Below, piece after piece: positions 50,251 through 64,000 of a DNA stretch of 64,000 nt (position 1 is the stretch's first letter; the number at the start of each line of letters is the position of its first letter). A program made the position numbers and the translations under genes. Source of the DNA: Octopus bimaculoides (Eukaryota). The stretch lies in contig NC_068986.1 in the NCBI RefSeq assembly GCF_001194135.2, positions 100,871,818 through 100,935,817 on the forward strand, read 5' to 3'. The notes beneath the pieces are model-generated. The model was given only the letters and a program-made list of their open reading frames with translations, was not told where the DNA came from and made no database searches.

Positions 50251-51924
50251 TCTCTCTGTATGCATATTATATAATTTTTAAATTAAATTTGCAAAAAATC
50301 TACATTCGTTATTTGAGTACTATTTTGCCATTTTATTTTTTGCATTGATATACTTACTCTTGTGTGTGTGCGTGTGCGAGCGGGCGTGTGCGAGCGGGCG
50401 TGTGTGTATATAAAAACAGAGACAGACTTAAACGTATATATGCCTCGATATGTTTAATTTCCTGTAAGCTTAATATGGCATTTTAAATTATGTATTGTGT
50501 GTTGCTTGACTTCCCTGTATACAAAATACTTGATGAAATGTAAAAGCAGTTCAGTAATAAACACACAGCGGTTCACATATTTTGACGAGTAGATATCACT
50601 GCGACAGGTCATTGCATTTTATAATTCGAATTTATTTAGATATTTACATTATTTCAGGTAGAATTATATCCGTACATACCTTTGTGGATGCAGCTGCGAT
50701 AATGATAGAGGAAAACACCATGAAATATGGAGATATCGCAGTTCTTTAGATTTCACTTGTGATGTTGTTCGACCTGTCCTGATGCCAAAATACAATTCTT
50801 GAATCAACGGAAATTACTTAGGCTGCCTCAAAGTTGATCTGTCGTAATTAGCTGTCAATGTTATTTTTTGTTTGTTTTGTTATTATAAAGTGTCTTTTGT
50901 GAAACTGAAATAAACTAAAAATTGTCACCGACAGAAAACTGCTTATCAGGCACGGAAGCATATATATAAATATTATATTACAAACTAAAAGACCTATATC
51001 TGCTACGTCATCTATAGCTTTTGCCATCCAAACGTATCCGGTGGTATGTATTATATTTGCAACTCCGTTAGAGCATAACCCTATGTTTGATCGTGTGTTT
51101 GCATATGTGTGCATGTTTGTATGATTGTTTGTTTGTGTCTATGTGTGTGTCTGTATGGGTGCGTAACTGTAGATATTTCATGAATATAAATATGTATCAT
51201 GTATATATATATATATATATATATNNNNNNNNNNNNNNNNNNNNNNNNNNNNNNNNNNNNNNNNNNNNNNNNNNNNNNNNNNNNNNNNNNNNNNNNNNNN
51301 NNNNNNNNNNNNNNNNNNNNNNNNNNNNNNNNNNNNNNNNNNNNNNNNNNNNNNNNNNNNNNNNNNNNNNNNNNNNNNNNNNNNNNNNNNNNNNNNNNNN
51401 NNNNNNNNNNNNNNNNNNNNNNNNNNNNNNNNNNNNNNNNNNNNNNNNNNNNNNNNNNNNNNNNNNNNNNNNNNNNNNNNNNNNNNNNNNNNNNNNNNNN
51501 NNNNNNNNNNNNNNNNNNNNNNNNNNNNNNNNNNNNNNNNNNNNNNNNNNNNNNNNNNNNNNNNNNNNNNNNNNNNNNNNNNNNNNNNNNNNNNNNNNNN
51601 NNNNNNNNNNNNNNNNNNNNNNNNNNNNNNNNNNNNNNNNNNNNNNNNNNNNNNNNNNNNNNNNNNNNNNNNNNNNNNNNNNNNNNNNNNNNNNNNNNNN
51701 NNNNNNNNNNNNNNNNNNNNNNNNNNNNNNNNNNNNNNNNNNNNNNNNNNNNNNNNNNNNNNNNNNNNNNNNNNNNNNNNNNNNNNNNNNNNNNNNNNNN
51801 NNNNNNNNNNNNNNNNNNNNNNNNNNNNNNNNNNNNNNNNNNNNNNNNNNNNNNNNNNNNNNNNNNNNNNNNNNNNNNNNNNNNNNNNNNNNNNNNNNNN
51901 NNNNNNNNNNNNNNNNNNNNNNNN

Positions 51925-51958
<34 letters not shown>

Positions 51959-51960
51959 GT

Positions 51961-52010
<50 letters not shown>

Positions 52011-55000
52011 AAGAGAGAGAAAGAGAGAGAACAGGCAGGATACTCTTTCAAAAAATATGTAAACCTTATGGTATGAATCATGAAATTGCGTCGGCGACTA
52101 TTCAATGATTGCATCGATGAAGATTCTGTACATAAGCAAGGAAGACATATGTCATCTAGATTGCAGAATGAAAAATTTGTGAATGTTTGTCTCTGAGAAT
52201 GAAAAGAAACGGTGTCGTATTTTATTGGGAAATGTGAATATTTGGTGAATTATTTAATATGGTATACAACTGATAACATGTTAATGGCTTGTCTCAATGT
52301 CTAACACCCCGTTCTGAAAACACGCTGTCAAATAGCAGATTGTTGATAGCCTGAAACAATATTTCACCCACAATTTAAAATATTTTCTTGCCTTAAAATC
52401 TACACAGAATGAGTTAAGTACATATATACTTCCCAAGTGTGACTGATAAAACTAATTTAGTGAAACTGAATAACTAAATAGTCAGTAATGTCGGAGCATT
52501 AGGAAAAAATATATAGCATCTGTTCCCGGCACTCTGTCTTCTGGATTTAGAAACTAGCGTGAAATATTTTATGTTTCATAGGGATGTTGAAATAAAGTAC
52601 CAATGAAGTGCAGTGAATAGGGAGATTTGTGAGAATGATGGATAAAATAATCGGCAGTGATTTTCCAGTAATTTCACATTGTGAATGCTTAGTCACGTAT
52701 AGCAATTTTACCTACTTCTAGTTGAGAGTGCGTATAGATTTTTAAAGAATAATAAACGCCCGAAGTAATGCAGTTAGAAGAAACAGATTTGCATTATTCG
52801 TTAAAAAATTTACGGCAAAGATGTATCGTATACTGAAGACGCTGTTAGAAGCAGTTCGTCGACCAGATAGCACGTAGAAAAAGGATCTAGAAAGCAGTAC
52901 TCCACACAAACGGTTCAAATCATATCTCATTTAGGAATCCAGTTGAGGCTTGGGACAAAGTTGGGAAACTCACTCATAGATAAATTTAGAAATGTCTATC
53001 CCTGAAAAGTCGACCAGGTATCATGACAAGTTATACCGGCTCAGTATTGTATAAATTGCACCGCCTCTTCATCTGTTTTGAAAACGACTTGTTTATTCAT
53101 TCAGGCGGAATACGCCAAATGCAATGAAAATGTAATATTTACATAGACAGCTGTAGTTTGAGCATGTGCTTTTAACGCTGGCCAATATCCCCCAAAGGTA
53201 ATCTCCTTAGTTCTGTATGAGTCCTCGGTCATATATTCACCAAAGAAACGTGTCTATCGTAAATTACTTTTTGCAGGTTCAAAACACTACTCTATACAGT
53301 CATTAGAAAGTTTTGGCTTCGTTACGTAGACAGCTGTTTGAGGATGTAAGTGCTAATACGCAACAATATAGTTTATACCCATGTCACGAATTGTTTCATA
53401 TGTTTCCCTTAGAGATTATGGATACATTTCAAAATAACTCCGACTTTATGGCATTCGCAACGTTGTGACAGTTGGAAAAGTTCAGATAACGTACATAAAG
53501 ATTATTTATTCATGGTTTAAATAATCCGCAAAACATGACACGTCTACTTGTTTCACATCATGCACGACCCTTAGTGTCATAGTCAGTGTACCCAAGCACG
53601 AATTGGAGACAATTCAATCGATTATTTCTTTCATCTAAAGCATTGTTGGTCATAAGCCAATATGTGGAATTTCTATTATTTGATTTTAACACGATTTCTT
53701 TGCTCTCTATTGTAATTGAAAATATAGAGTATATGTGTTCTTCAACTCCACTAGAAAACGTTTTTATCCCTACAATTTTTTATTTCAGAAATCTCCCTGA
53801 TTGACGTTTTTCTTGAGAGCTGAAAGAAAATTGGTTCCAAGCTGTCTAAGACAGGAAGTAATGGTTTGCATTTTTTTAATGAACCTCACTATATAAGAAA
53901 AAAATAAGAAGAAGGTATAGACAGTACTAACACACACAAAAAGATACGTTTACGATACACAAAAGTTCTGTTGAGATACCATTTATCAAATATTTCATTT
54001 GACTTTATGTCTCACATTATTTGTTACCGAATATATCATCAGCAGTAGCATCATAAACAGGAGTATTCTTGATAATGAAAGTAAAAATATTATTGATAAC
54101 AAAAGTAACTCTATTTCTCACCGAAGGCATCGATTTTATATCATCATCATTGTGATAATCATTTATTCATGTTGTAATCATTATTGTTGTTTTTCCTTGT
54201 CACTGGGACGCTGATTTACATTCTGAGTTGAAATCTGTCTAAGGTCAAATTGACTATTATTCCTTGAGTATCAATAATTTAAAGTACCAGTCATGTATTT
54301 GAGACAAATTTATCAAGTGTTGGAGCCAAAAAAAATTTGATATCTTATATCCCTTTAAGAAGATACTATTTGAGCATATATACCGGATAAATCGTTAGAG
54401 TACCGAGTAAGATAGTTGATTCTGTAGTTGTGTTTCCGATTGTTTTCGGCCCTGGTTCAAGTCCTGTAGCGGTCGTCTTTCTATTTTATCTTTCGCAGAG
54501 AAATGGCTGGTCAAATAACACAAGTATTCTCATTGACCAGCACTGCTATCTAACAAATCAGTCAGTAAGTGTATTATAAAGTTTTACAGCTGCTACTAAT
54601 ATTCCTTGTTTTGTTTTTGTTGGTGTATTCTTCACCAACAGATAAAGCCAGAGAAAAGTGAAGCCATAGATATAGCATGCATGTAGCTATGTTACAATTT
54701 AAATATATCTATGCTATCATTTGAAATGTTTTCCTTAACGACATTGTTTCCATATCACTTTGTGCTGCACTATCAAATACAGTTTGCTTTTTATTGTTTA
54801 AACGCAATGTATTTTGTCATTTTTTAACAACCTATTTGCTGTTTAATTTCTCATTATATTTTAGTTAATGTTTCAATTTCTATTTATAATTTTACTATCT
54901 TCATTTCTTATTATGTATCTGGTTTATTCTCGATTTTAAAACTCTTGAATTCCTCCGGTTAATATTTATTTTCTTAATGATTAAATTCATTTCTTGGTCT

Positions 55001-56294
55001 CTGTCTTTTTACTCGCTATTTTTCTCTTTTAATCTATTTCGTTCGATTGTTTATCTCTTCTGCTCGTTTGTCATTGATTTTTGTAATTGCTCTATCTTTT
55101 CTTCTTTTCGGTGACAATTTTAGTTTAGTTTCAAGCGCTTTAATTTAATTTATCGCTTGTGTACACATACATTTTTAGATTTCACAATTGTCTTTTGTTG
55201 AATTTGATTTCTTTTATTTCATTGTTGAGGCTAACTTCTGAAACAATTCTCTTTTAAAATATAACTTTATCAGATTTATAAATGGAACAGTTGACCATCA
55301 ATTAGTTAATATATATAATAAGGTTGTTATGTTTGACGTCTATTATAGCTAAACACGAGAACATACCATGACATTTTAAAATAGCTCATTAAATACCGAT
55401 TGCAGCACTTGAGATTTTATTTCAATTCTCTTTTAATTGTTTTATGTCTATTTTTGCTATGCTGAGAGCAATAACTTAATAGATGCAATTCCTTCGGTTA
55501 ATTCAGGATTGTATTAAATAAGTAGCTTATATTCCCTACTATTTTACGCCAGTAAATTATATGTCGTATTATCTGGAATGTGTTCTATGTTCAAATTTAA
55601 AAGTGTACGCAAGCATACTAGAGTATTTTAAGTAGGACCTATGATTTAATTGATTTTAATTACTTTTGATGATCTCCAACCGATACAGCTAATTACAAAT
55701 CTCTATACTTTGGCATAATTGTTGATGACATAAATATATGTACTAAATTATTACAGAGGAGACATAAGCTATGATTTAGATGTGCTTTGTCTACTAATCT
55801 GGAAATGGAATCTTATATTTCTGGTAATTACTTTCAGTACATTTTGATTTCATGCAATTTTGAAGCGCGGACGTACGTGTGGACAGGATATAATGACTGC
55901 ATCGATTGCCTAACTGTCCTATCTCTTTTTGTCATTATCATACAAGACATCTTTTCATAGATTTCCCTCATCTTATTCTGTGCACATCTTTATGCGACTC
56001 ATTGAACGTATATTGCTTTCTCATTATTTATATAACCGTCAATATTTACCTGTTTCAACGAATCAACACGCAGATTAATAAGTGTTGGTGTGGCAACGAT
56101 GGCGTAGAGATTATAGAAGGCAACGTATCGCAGTGTATGTTGTATACTGTTGCCAGCAAAGATGGCGGTTGTTATATCAAGAGCTTGGCGCAGAATCCAT
56201 GATAATAAACATGTAATTGAAAAATCAGTACCATTTATTTATGCTTGATATAAGAATATGTCATATCGCAATTTCATTACTTTCAAATTTGTGT

Positions 56295-56440
56295 CACAAG
56301 GCCAGTAACTTCAAGGGAGGGCTAAGTCGACTATATCAACTCCAGGACACAACTGGTAGTTATTTTATCGACCCTCAAATAATGCACGATAGAAATAAAA
56401 AGCCAGACGAAACACCGACGAGCATTTTACCCAAAGTGTT
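56295..56440 (-). mobile_element. Old SINE family A copy (tail type 3) with an internal deletion
   Basis: acaaggccag...gctaagtcgactatatcaactccag..caactggta.ttattttatcgaccc...gccagacgaaacaccg. Confidence 0.6.
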
Positions 56441-59074
56441 AACAATTCTCACTTGTTCTCCCACATACTTAGATTTGGAATTTGATTGGAGATTAATTGT
56501 TAATTATAATGGAATCTAGAAATCGTAAAGATAATTATAATGATTACATAGATTTAAAAAAAACTGTTTTGTAAGAGGAAGTTTAATTTAGTTGGGGAAT
56601 AGTGTTAGAATATTTAATAGGAAAATAAATTACTGCTCTTAGTAAGTCTTTGCAAAATCAAATTTTCTTAAATATGTTTCAATTCATGAATCGAAGTCTA
56701 TATAAAAAGCTAACTTGCATAGAATATAAACATACTTGCCCATGTCTTCAATAGGGAACATGAAGGCACTAAATATGAGAAACGTGTAAGCGTGTTATAT
56801 TTTTCTCTTTGTAAATTTTAATTTAGATCTACACGTGTATCTTTCAGTGCTAAATACTTTCGAAAACATATTTCCGCGGTCATTCTCCTTTCTAAAACTG
56901 TACCATGGTCCCGAAACATATGTCTCCTTGTAGCCAATATGTTTGCGCGTTAATGAACATACCTGTTCGTTGACGACTTAATTTTCGTGTCCGCAAACCA
57001 CTTTGCAACATAGAGACAACATAATGTGGAGCACAACTACATTTGAAGTAGTTGCATATTAAATCGTTCCAGTTAATTTAAATTATAACACAATTTAATA
57101 AAACAAAACAAATCATTTAAACAAACAACTATTGAGATACTTCATCCAAACCCACTGCCGCTATGTTCTACCTAATCTTTTGACCGGTAGAATGTACCAT
57201 TGTGTTCCAAACTTGAGGCTCATTCATATACACGCAACGCACGCTACTACGTAAAAATTAACAGAAATCCTGAAAATGCGTTACGTTCTCAGCGCAATCA
57301 TTCACAATTATTCAATGCTTGTGATTAACTGAAACACAACTTTTTCTCCTTAAATTTATCTGCTATTTGCCGCCCTTCGGCAAAGCTGCTTTACAATGCA
57401 AAAAGCAGCTGCAATAAAAATGATTGATATTGTAACACTGCATCCAATTCTTCAACCTAACAAAAATATTAAACATAAAGTATTCGACATTTGCAGTCCT
57501 TTAATAGCCATAATGGTCGGGGAAAACAGTTATTGGATCATCACATGGTGAAGAGAAATTGTAGCATGATATTTATAACATACCAAGGGAGCGTAAACAA
57601 TTTATAGTTTTATAGTTTCAAGACCACACATGCCTTTGTAAGCCAAACAAAAAAAATATTGTTTATTATTCATGTATACAAAAGAAAACCCTACAGCGCC
57701 ATTTATGGCGAAATATGTGCAGTGTTCTAAGACTCGGTTTACATATACATATAATACATCACTGGAATACATACACACATACATACACAAACATACACAA
57801 AGATACACGCATATATATTTTTACATATTTGTCAGTATACAGATATACATATATACATATATACATAAGTATATATAGACATGTATGTATCTATCAATAT
57901 GCACAAACACACACACACAAACTCATATATAACTATATCAGAAGGCATTAACATTTTTAGATTATATGACACTAGTCTTTTATTTCTGAACCTAATATTC
58001 AGTATACAAGCTGCAAATAATTTACATAATATAGCAATAACCTGAATGTTAGGAGTTAATTCTACCAGATAGACGCATCTGTTTCCATTGTAAGTACGCG
58101 CACACAAATATCCTGTTAACGTAATGACCTATGAAGCTGTGGACTTGAACGCCATAAACAAGTTGTAAACTCATTGTATACTTATTATTCTACGATGTTG
58201 CAATATCCAATTAAATGATATTTCGCAACAATTAATCTATCAACATTTTTGGGAAAGGCAGTAACTGCAAAACGCACTAATATATGCACTTCAGATATTC
58301 TTAACAATATTTTGTATCACCGTGTTCTGAAGATTGCCGCAGGTTTCGATTCCTGCACGAGATCGAGTTCTCTTCAGTTTTGACGTTAATACTTGTCTTG
58401 TCAAATCTAAAAACTTACTGCAGATCTTCAAACGAGATAGAAATACCATTGAAATGAAGCATAAATCAGGCTTCTGTATTAAATATGGAGGGAAACGTTA
58501 AAAAAAAATTACCTCTTTGTTGAGTAAAAATTGTTTCATTAGCTATCGTTGGCATATGGGTAACGCTTATTTAATGTGGGTGTAATGATTTTCGAAGAGA
58601 TAACATTTTTTTAAAATTTTCATATTGCTGACCGGGATAACTGAAAAGCATTCTCCACATCATTATTCAGCATATGTTCGGAATGTCAAGATCTAAGTTT
58701 TTCACTAATTGTTAATCTGTAGTTGCAATTATGTTACTTTTATTAAAAGAATGCAATCGAATACTTTTTAAGAAGTTTCAATTTTAATACATCTATATCA
58801 ATGTGGTTCGGAGGTCTTTTCACTATCGAAGATTCCAGAAAACACTCTATCAAGAAAGCTCATCATTACTCTGTTTGTCAAACACCTCTTGTTCTCTCTT
58901 TCTCTATCTCTCTCTCCCTTTCTACTCAAATAATTTCCTTTATAAATACACTATTTTTCGTTGATTCCAAGATTTAATATATTCTTATCAATATGTGGTT
59001 TTGAAGTTTCTTTCACTATTGAATATTCAATAAAGCACTTCATCAGGAAAGCTTATTTCTAATTTGTGTAACCT

Positions 59075-59111
59075 ACATATCTCTCTTTCTCTCTGTCTGT
59101 CTATCTGTCTG

Positions 59112-59162
<51 letters not shown>

Positions 59163-59432
59163 CTCCCCCCTCTCTCTCTCTCTCGCCCTCTACTGTTCTA
59201 TTCAATTGTTTTCCTTAAAGTATATGCTATTACAACCATAGCTGTCGTCTCATTTAATAATTTCGTCTTCCTTCGACCATCATATTCTATCATTTGACTT
59301 CATATACCTCCAATGCTTTCCCTTTCTTTCTTTGTTTCTTTGTATCTTTGTTTCTTTGTTTCTTTCTTTGTTTCTTTCCTTGTTTCTTTCTGTCCTTCCT
59401 TCCTTCATTCTTTCCTTCTTTCATTCTTTCAT

Positions 59433-59492
<60 letters not shown>

Positions 59493-59530
59493 GCTTTCTT
59501 TCTTTCTCCGTTCTTTTATATCTCTCTCTT
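59075..59530. repeat. (CT)n and (TTTC)n low-complexity tract
   Basis: Seen directly. It is the source of the FLSFF ORFs. Confidence 0.95.
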
Positions 59531-62004
59531 TACCGCCTTTTTAAGATCTATTCATTAAACAATCTAAGTGATTACAAAGTTCTTTGATGTATTGTTTCAT
59601 TCTCTCTTTATTCTTTCTGTCACTGTCTGTCTGTCTATCTCACTCTTTCTCGGCTGTCAATGGATTTCACTAAAAAATACGTTATTACAAAGTATTTTCG
59701 GATATAGTTAACGTATATTGCCCACACGTTTTAGACTATATTTATCATAGATATTACTTTACTGATATCCTCTGATATACAAAAGAACTAGAATATACAT
59801 ACGTAAAAAGAATACATACATATATACATACATACATACATGCATACATACACGCACATGCACACACATATATATACATACGCATATACACCTTATATAC
59901 TAATAATCATATAAAAGTGCCAAGAATTATAATGCAGTACATATTCTAATTTTGCAAAAATTTTATTTATATAAAAATATTATTTCTCTTTACTTAAGCA
60001 TGACAAGGTACCAAGCGAGAAACTTCTAAATATTAGATTGATGGAGTACATAAAATCAATGCTTGTGTGACAAGTAGACAATTGAAAATTCAAACGACAG
60101 CTTGTGCAATATTAAATATACGAGATGATAATGGATAGAGAAGTTTTGATCTTAAGCAGTTTGCTCGAAGCTGACTCAGAAACACATCACCTAAACGCTA
60201 ATAACTAATACTTTAACCATTACTTATAGTTGAATTATGTATTAGACTGTGGAATAATATGTGTCGTAGAACGCGTGTGTTTTAAATATATTCAACAGTC
60301 ATGGGTAATCTGCAGATCTGGTACACTAAAAATATTGCCTTCAAGTATTTTTTTTTTAAAGTGAGGCGTAACTAATTATGCACTCTACCTATACAGCAAA
60401 TGCAGAAACAATACTGTGAAACAGCAGCATAGTCGAGATGGTATGTTTTTTTCTCTTACTCTTGTTTTTTTGCAAACATCTTCAAAATGACTTTCTAAAA
60501 TGAAATTCAATTATGCAGCTGAAGAATACATTTTCATTATACATTCTGTCGTGTTCTCACTACATGAATAAATGGAGCTCGTATGAAACGTACGTACTGC
60601 TATAACCTATTGAGTTTTTGTTGCTTATCTTCAAATTCTATATATATATATATATATATNNNNNNNNNNNNNNNNNNNNNNNNNNNNNNNNNNNNNNNNN
60701 NNNNNNNNNNNNNNNNNNNNNNNNNNNNNNNNNNNNNNNNNNNNNNNNNNNNNNNNNNNNNNNNNNNNNNNNNNNNNNNNNNNNNNNNNNNNNNNNNNNN
60801 NNNNNNNNNNNNNNNNNNNNNNNNNNNNNNNNNNNNNNNNNNNNNNNNNNNNNNNNNNNNNNNNNNNNNNNNNNNNNNNNTATATATATATATATATATA
60901 TTTCAAGCCTTGTGTTGTAATAAATTTGAGGAGGAATTTAGAGTAGCTTGTAGACATTTGCCATCTACTTCTACCGTATAGGAGTTGGCAGTCCAGCGCC
61001 CTTAATTAGAATTATATTTTTTTCTAATTATATACCCTAATGTATGTGTGTTGCCTGTTTGCCAGTTCGCTGCGCTTAGCGTTTGGGAGACGCCTCCCCC
61101 ATTGCAATGGATTTTAAAAACAGCTGAGATCCTTAGACAGGTGAGAAATTTCTTCCGCAGTTGCATCCAAGAGTGATAACTATCGATTTTTAACCAATTT
61201 CGTGGCTTATGAACATCACGTATCTGAAACGAAGCGGGGACGAAACCAATCGCCAGTCTTTGACTATAGATGGATAGTGTAAGAGCCTCTTGTTTGTATA
61301 CCACGACAGTGTTACACAAGGTTAAATTGAATTGTGAATTACGAAATGATCTCTAGTGTTGTAAACTTTATTTACAAACACATACTCAATGTATATATTT
61401 TGCTCCTTGGCTGTCTTGATTTGTTTCAGCGCTGTGCGGGTAACTGGATCATAGAACTAGTTGTTAAAAGACTGGAAAATCATAGGCAGACGAGACAGTT
61501 CCCTTCTAGTTCCTTCCAAGAATGTTGGATATTGATATTTCACCTAAAATAAATTTTATATTGTACAAATGATATTCCCAGTCAAAAGTGTTATATAAAT
61601 ATTTGAGTTTTCTTTCCTTTATTTCTCCTATCAGTTACTTGATTGTGTCAATATTAATTTGACTGTGAATTTTATTTATAGATTCGCGGGAAAGGAAAAT
61701 GAATCATCATTATATTTTGTCTGCTTATATAATTTTTGTTTCTTTATACACACACACACACACACATGCACAAAGAGACAGCCGCACACACACACAGACA
61801 CATGCACACACGAACACGCACGCACAAATATATTTAAGAAATAACTGAAAAAAAAAAACAACAAAAAACATATTCAGGTGAAAATCAAATTCTGGGTGAC
61901 AATTTGCTCGCATTATAACAAATTCATTCTAAAAGGAATCGGTGCAAAGATAATTCTGTGATTGATAGCGGCTCTCAATCTTTGTTTATTGGAATCGACT
62001 GAGA

Positions 62005-62230
62005 AAAACGGTGACTACCTTGAAGAAGCATCGTTTGTAGTTTCTTCAATCAGGCGTACGTAATATTAGACAAGTAGAAGGCGGAATCAAGCGGAAATTG
62101 AAGCTAGAATAACTGAGGCGAATGAACACATAGTGAGAGAGAGAGTTGTTGGAGCTGCCGAATGTAAAATGTTGGAGATGTTGATTGTACGATCATGGGA
62201 GAAGAGTATATACAGAAGTGATCTACGTAA
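62005..62230 (+). mobile_element. Possible decayed RTE-like RT remnant
   Basis: YLEEASF...NQAEIEARITEA resembles LEEV..F.YLGS...D.EI.ARI.KA. Contains stops. Confidence 0.35.
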
Positions 62231-62426
62231 AAACGTGTTTAGCTATATTTGTATGGTGTTATGCAGATTACAGCCTTGGTATATGCGTGTACGTAATTTT
62301 ATGTATATGGTATGTATTCACATGTCTATAATAATGCATCTGTATATATTTGTAACTACATAAATCTATGTGCAAATACACGCACAGATATACATCACCT
62401 AATTTATATATATATAATTTATACAC

Positions 62427-62495
<69 letters not shown>

Positions 62496-62850
62496 CTATA
62501 TACACATACATACACACAAACACACACACACAAATATATGTACATATACATACATAACCATAGACACACAAACACACACACACGTATATATATGAATGTA
62601 CAACTAACTATATATGTCTCGCTGTGTGTATGTTTGTATGTGTGTGCATTTCACAATGTATTGTGGCTGGGTGCAAGATCTTAATTATTACAGGAGGTGC
62701 AGAAGGCTTAACATCTGTGATTCAAACCTACTGAGAGACTTTACTGTAGACAAGAAGTTTGTGTAGAATGTTCAGTGCTTGATGAAACAGATTCTCTGTG
62801 TAACAATCTACAGGGAAATGAAGAAATATTTTATGATTTCAGACATTATG

Positions 62851-63019
62851 AGGGCAGGTGTGGCTGTGTGGTAAGAAGCTTGCTTCCCGACCACATGGTT
62901 CCGGGTTCAGTCCCAATACATAGCACATTGGGATTAGTGTCTTGTACTAAAGGCTCGCGCCGACCAAAGCCTTGTGAGTGGATTTGCTAGAAGGAAACTG
63001 TAAGAAGCCCGTCGTATAT

Positions 63020-63075
<56 letters not shown>

Positions 63076-63355
63076 NNNNNNNNNNTGTGTGTGTGTATGT
63101 GCGTGTGTGTGTGTGTGTGTGTATGTGTGTCTGTGTGTGTGTGTGTGTGCAGGGTGTGCATTTGTGTGTCTGTGATTGGCCACCCACCAGCGCTTGACAA
63201 CCGATGTTAGAGCGTTTACGTCCCCGTAACACAGCGGTTCGCCAAAACCGAATGGTAGAATAAGAACTAAACTTAGAAAGAATAGCTCGCCAAAAGGCGG
63301 TGCTGCATCATGGCTGCAGACGCATGGCTGAAACAAGTAAAAGAAAACAGAATAA
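62851..63355 (+). mobile_element. SINE family B, full-length-like, with an internal (TA)/(TG) microsatellite
   Basis: tRNA-like head (gtggctgtgtggtaag A-box, gggttcagtccc B-box), CORE-like segment, internal microsatellite, and a 3' part ending gctgaaacaagtaaaaga. Confidence 0.88.
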
Positions 63356-63560
63356 AAAAAATGTAATACTTAAACCAACGCGCGTCAAGACGTGTAGAGA
63401 CGTAAATGCATGCGCGAATACAATTATTTTAAAGAAACATTCATATACGCTTTTGCAATTTATTTATGGACATCATTTCATGAAACTAATCGGCAAAACT
63501 CTTCTCATGAATATATATTATATAAATACATACATACATGCATACATGCTTATATACATC

Positions 63561-63922
63561 ATGGCGCTCCGTCGGTTACGACGACGAGGATTCCAGTTGA
63601 TCCAATCAAGGGAACTGCCTGCTCGTGAAATTAACGTGCAAGTGGCAGAGCACTCCACAGAAACGTGTACCCTTTACGTAGTTCTCGGGGAGATTCCGCG
63701 TGACGAATTGTGTGACAATGCTGGCCCTTTCAAATACAGGTACAACACAAGCAGGAAGAAAGAGTGAGAGAAAGTTGTGGATCGACACTACTCGCTGACG
63801 GAGCCTTGTGGAGCTTCAGGTGTTTTCGCTCAATAAACACTAACAACGCCTTGTCTGGTAATCGAAAGATTGATCCCACGACCGCGTGTCCACTGCCTTA
63901 ACCACTGAGCAATTTCGCCACC
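63561..63922 (-). mobile_element. SINE family C, near full length
   Basis: Minus-strand head ggtggcgaaattgctcagtggttaaggcag is tRNA A-box-like. The body is colinear with 23614-23951. Confidence 0.88.
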
Positions 63923-63967
63923 TATTACACACGTGTACACATGTGTGTGTGTATATGTGTATGTGTG

Positions 63968-64000
<33 letters not shown>

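Noticed and set aside
52111-52125. gcatcgatgaaga, resembling a 5.8S rRNA motif
   Set aside because: The match is only 13 bp and has no flanking rRNA similarity.
61090-61170. WILKTAEILRQV, resembling the C-terminus of R4/Dong-like LINEs or an exon with donor CAG|GTGAGA
   Set aside because: Too short to distinguish between the two or from chance.

Overview
Eukaryotic, AT-rich, microsatellite-dense DNA with many N gaps, most of them flanked by (TA)n/(CA)n runs. The repeat families look like those of an octopod cephalopod (Octopus-like); this is inference from recalled SINE, mariner and Penelope sequences, not a database result. I can identify no host protein-coding gene, rRNA, functional tRNA or CRISPR array. 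Almost all long ORFs in the supplied track are artefacts of N gaps or simple repeats. The window is mostly decayed transposable elements: a hATm-like transposase in scrambled order, three Penelope-like fragments (one with an uninterrupted GIY-YIG domain), a mariner, two Ty3/Gypsy 5' halves with LTR and PBS (CsRn1-like and Mag-like), RTE and Tx1 LINE fragments, a MITE family and three tRNA-derived SINE families. The most notable structures are an RTE copy with a twin-priming-type 5' inversion, a near-perfect tRNA-like palindrome joined to a Penelope-type tail with a degenerate minimal hammerhead fold, a second hammerhead-like motif, a SINE nested in a SINE with an exact 10-bp TSD, and SINEs with one head/core but different tails. 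A few speculative micro-exon and promoter signals occur in TE-poor stretches. Boundaries were read by eye and are approximate unless stated as exact.
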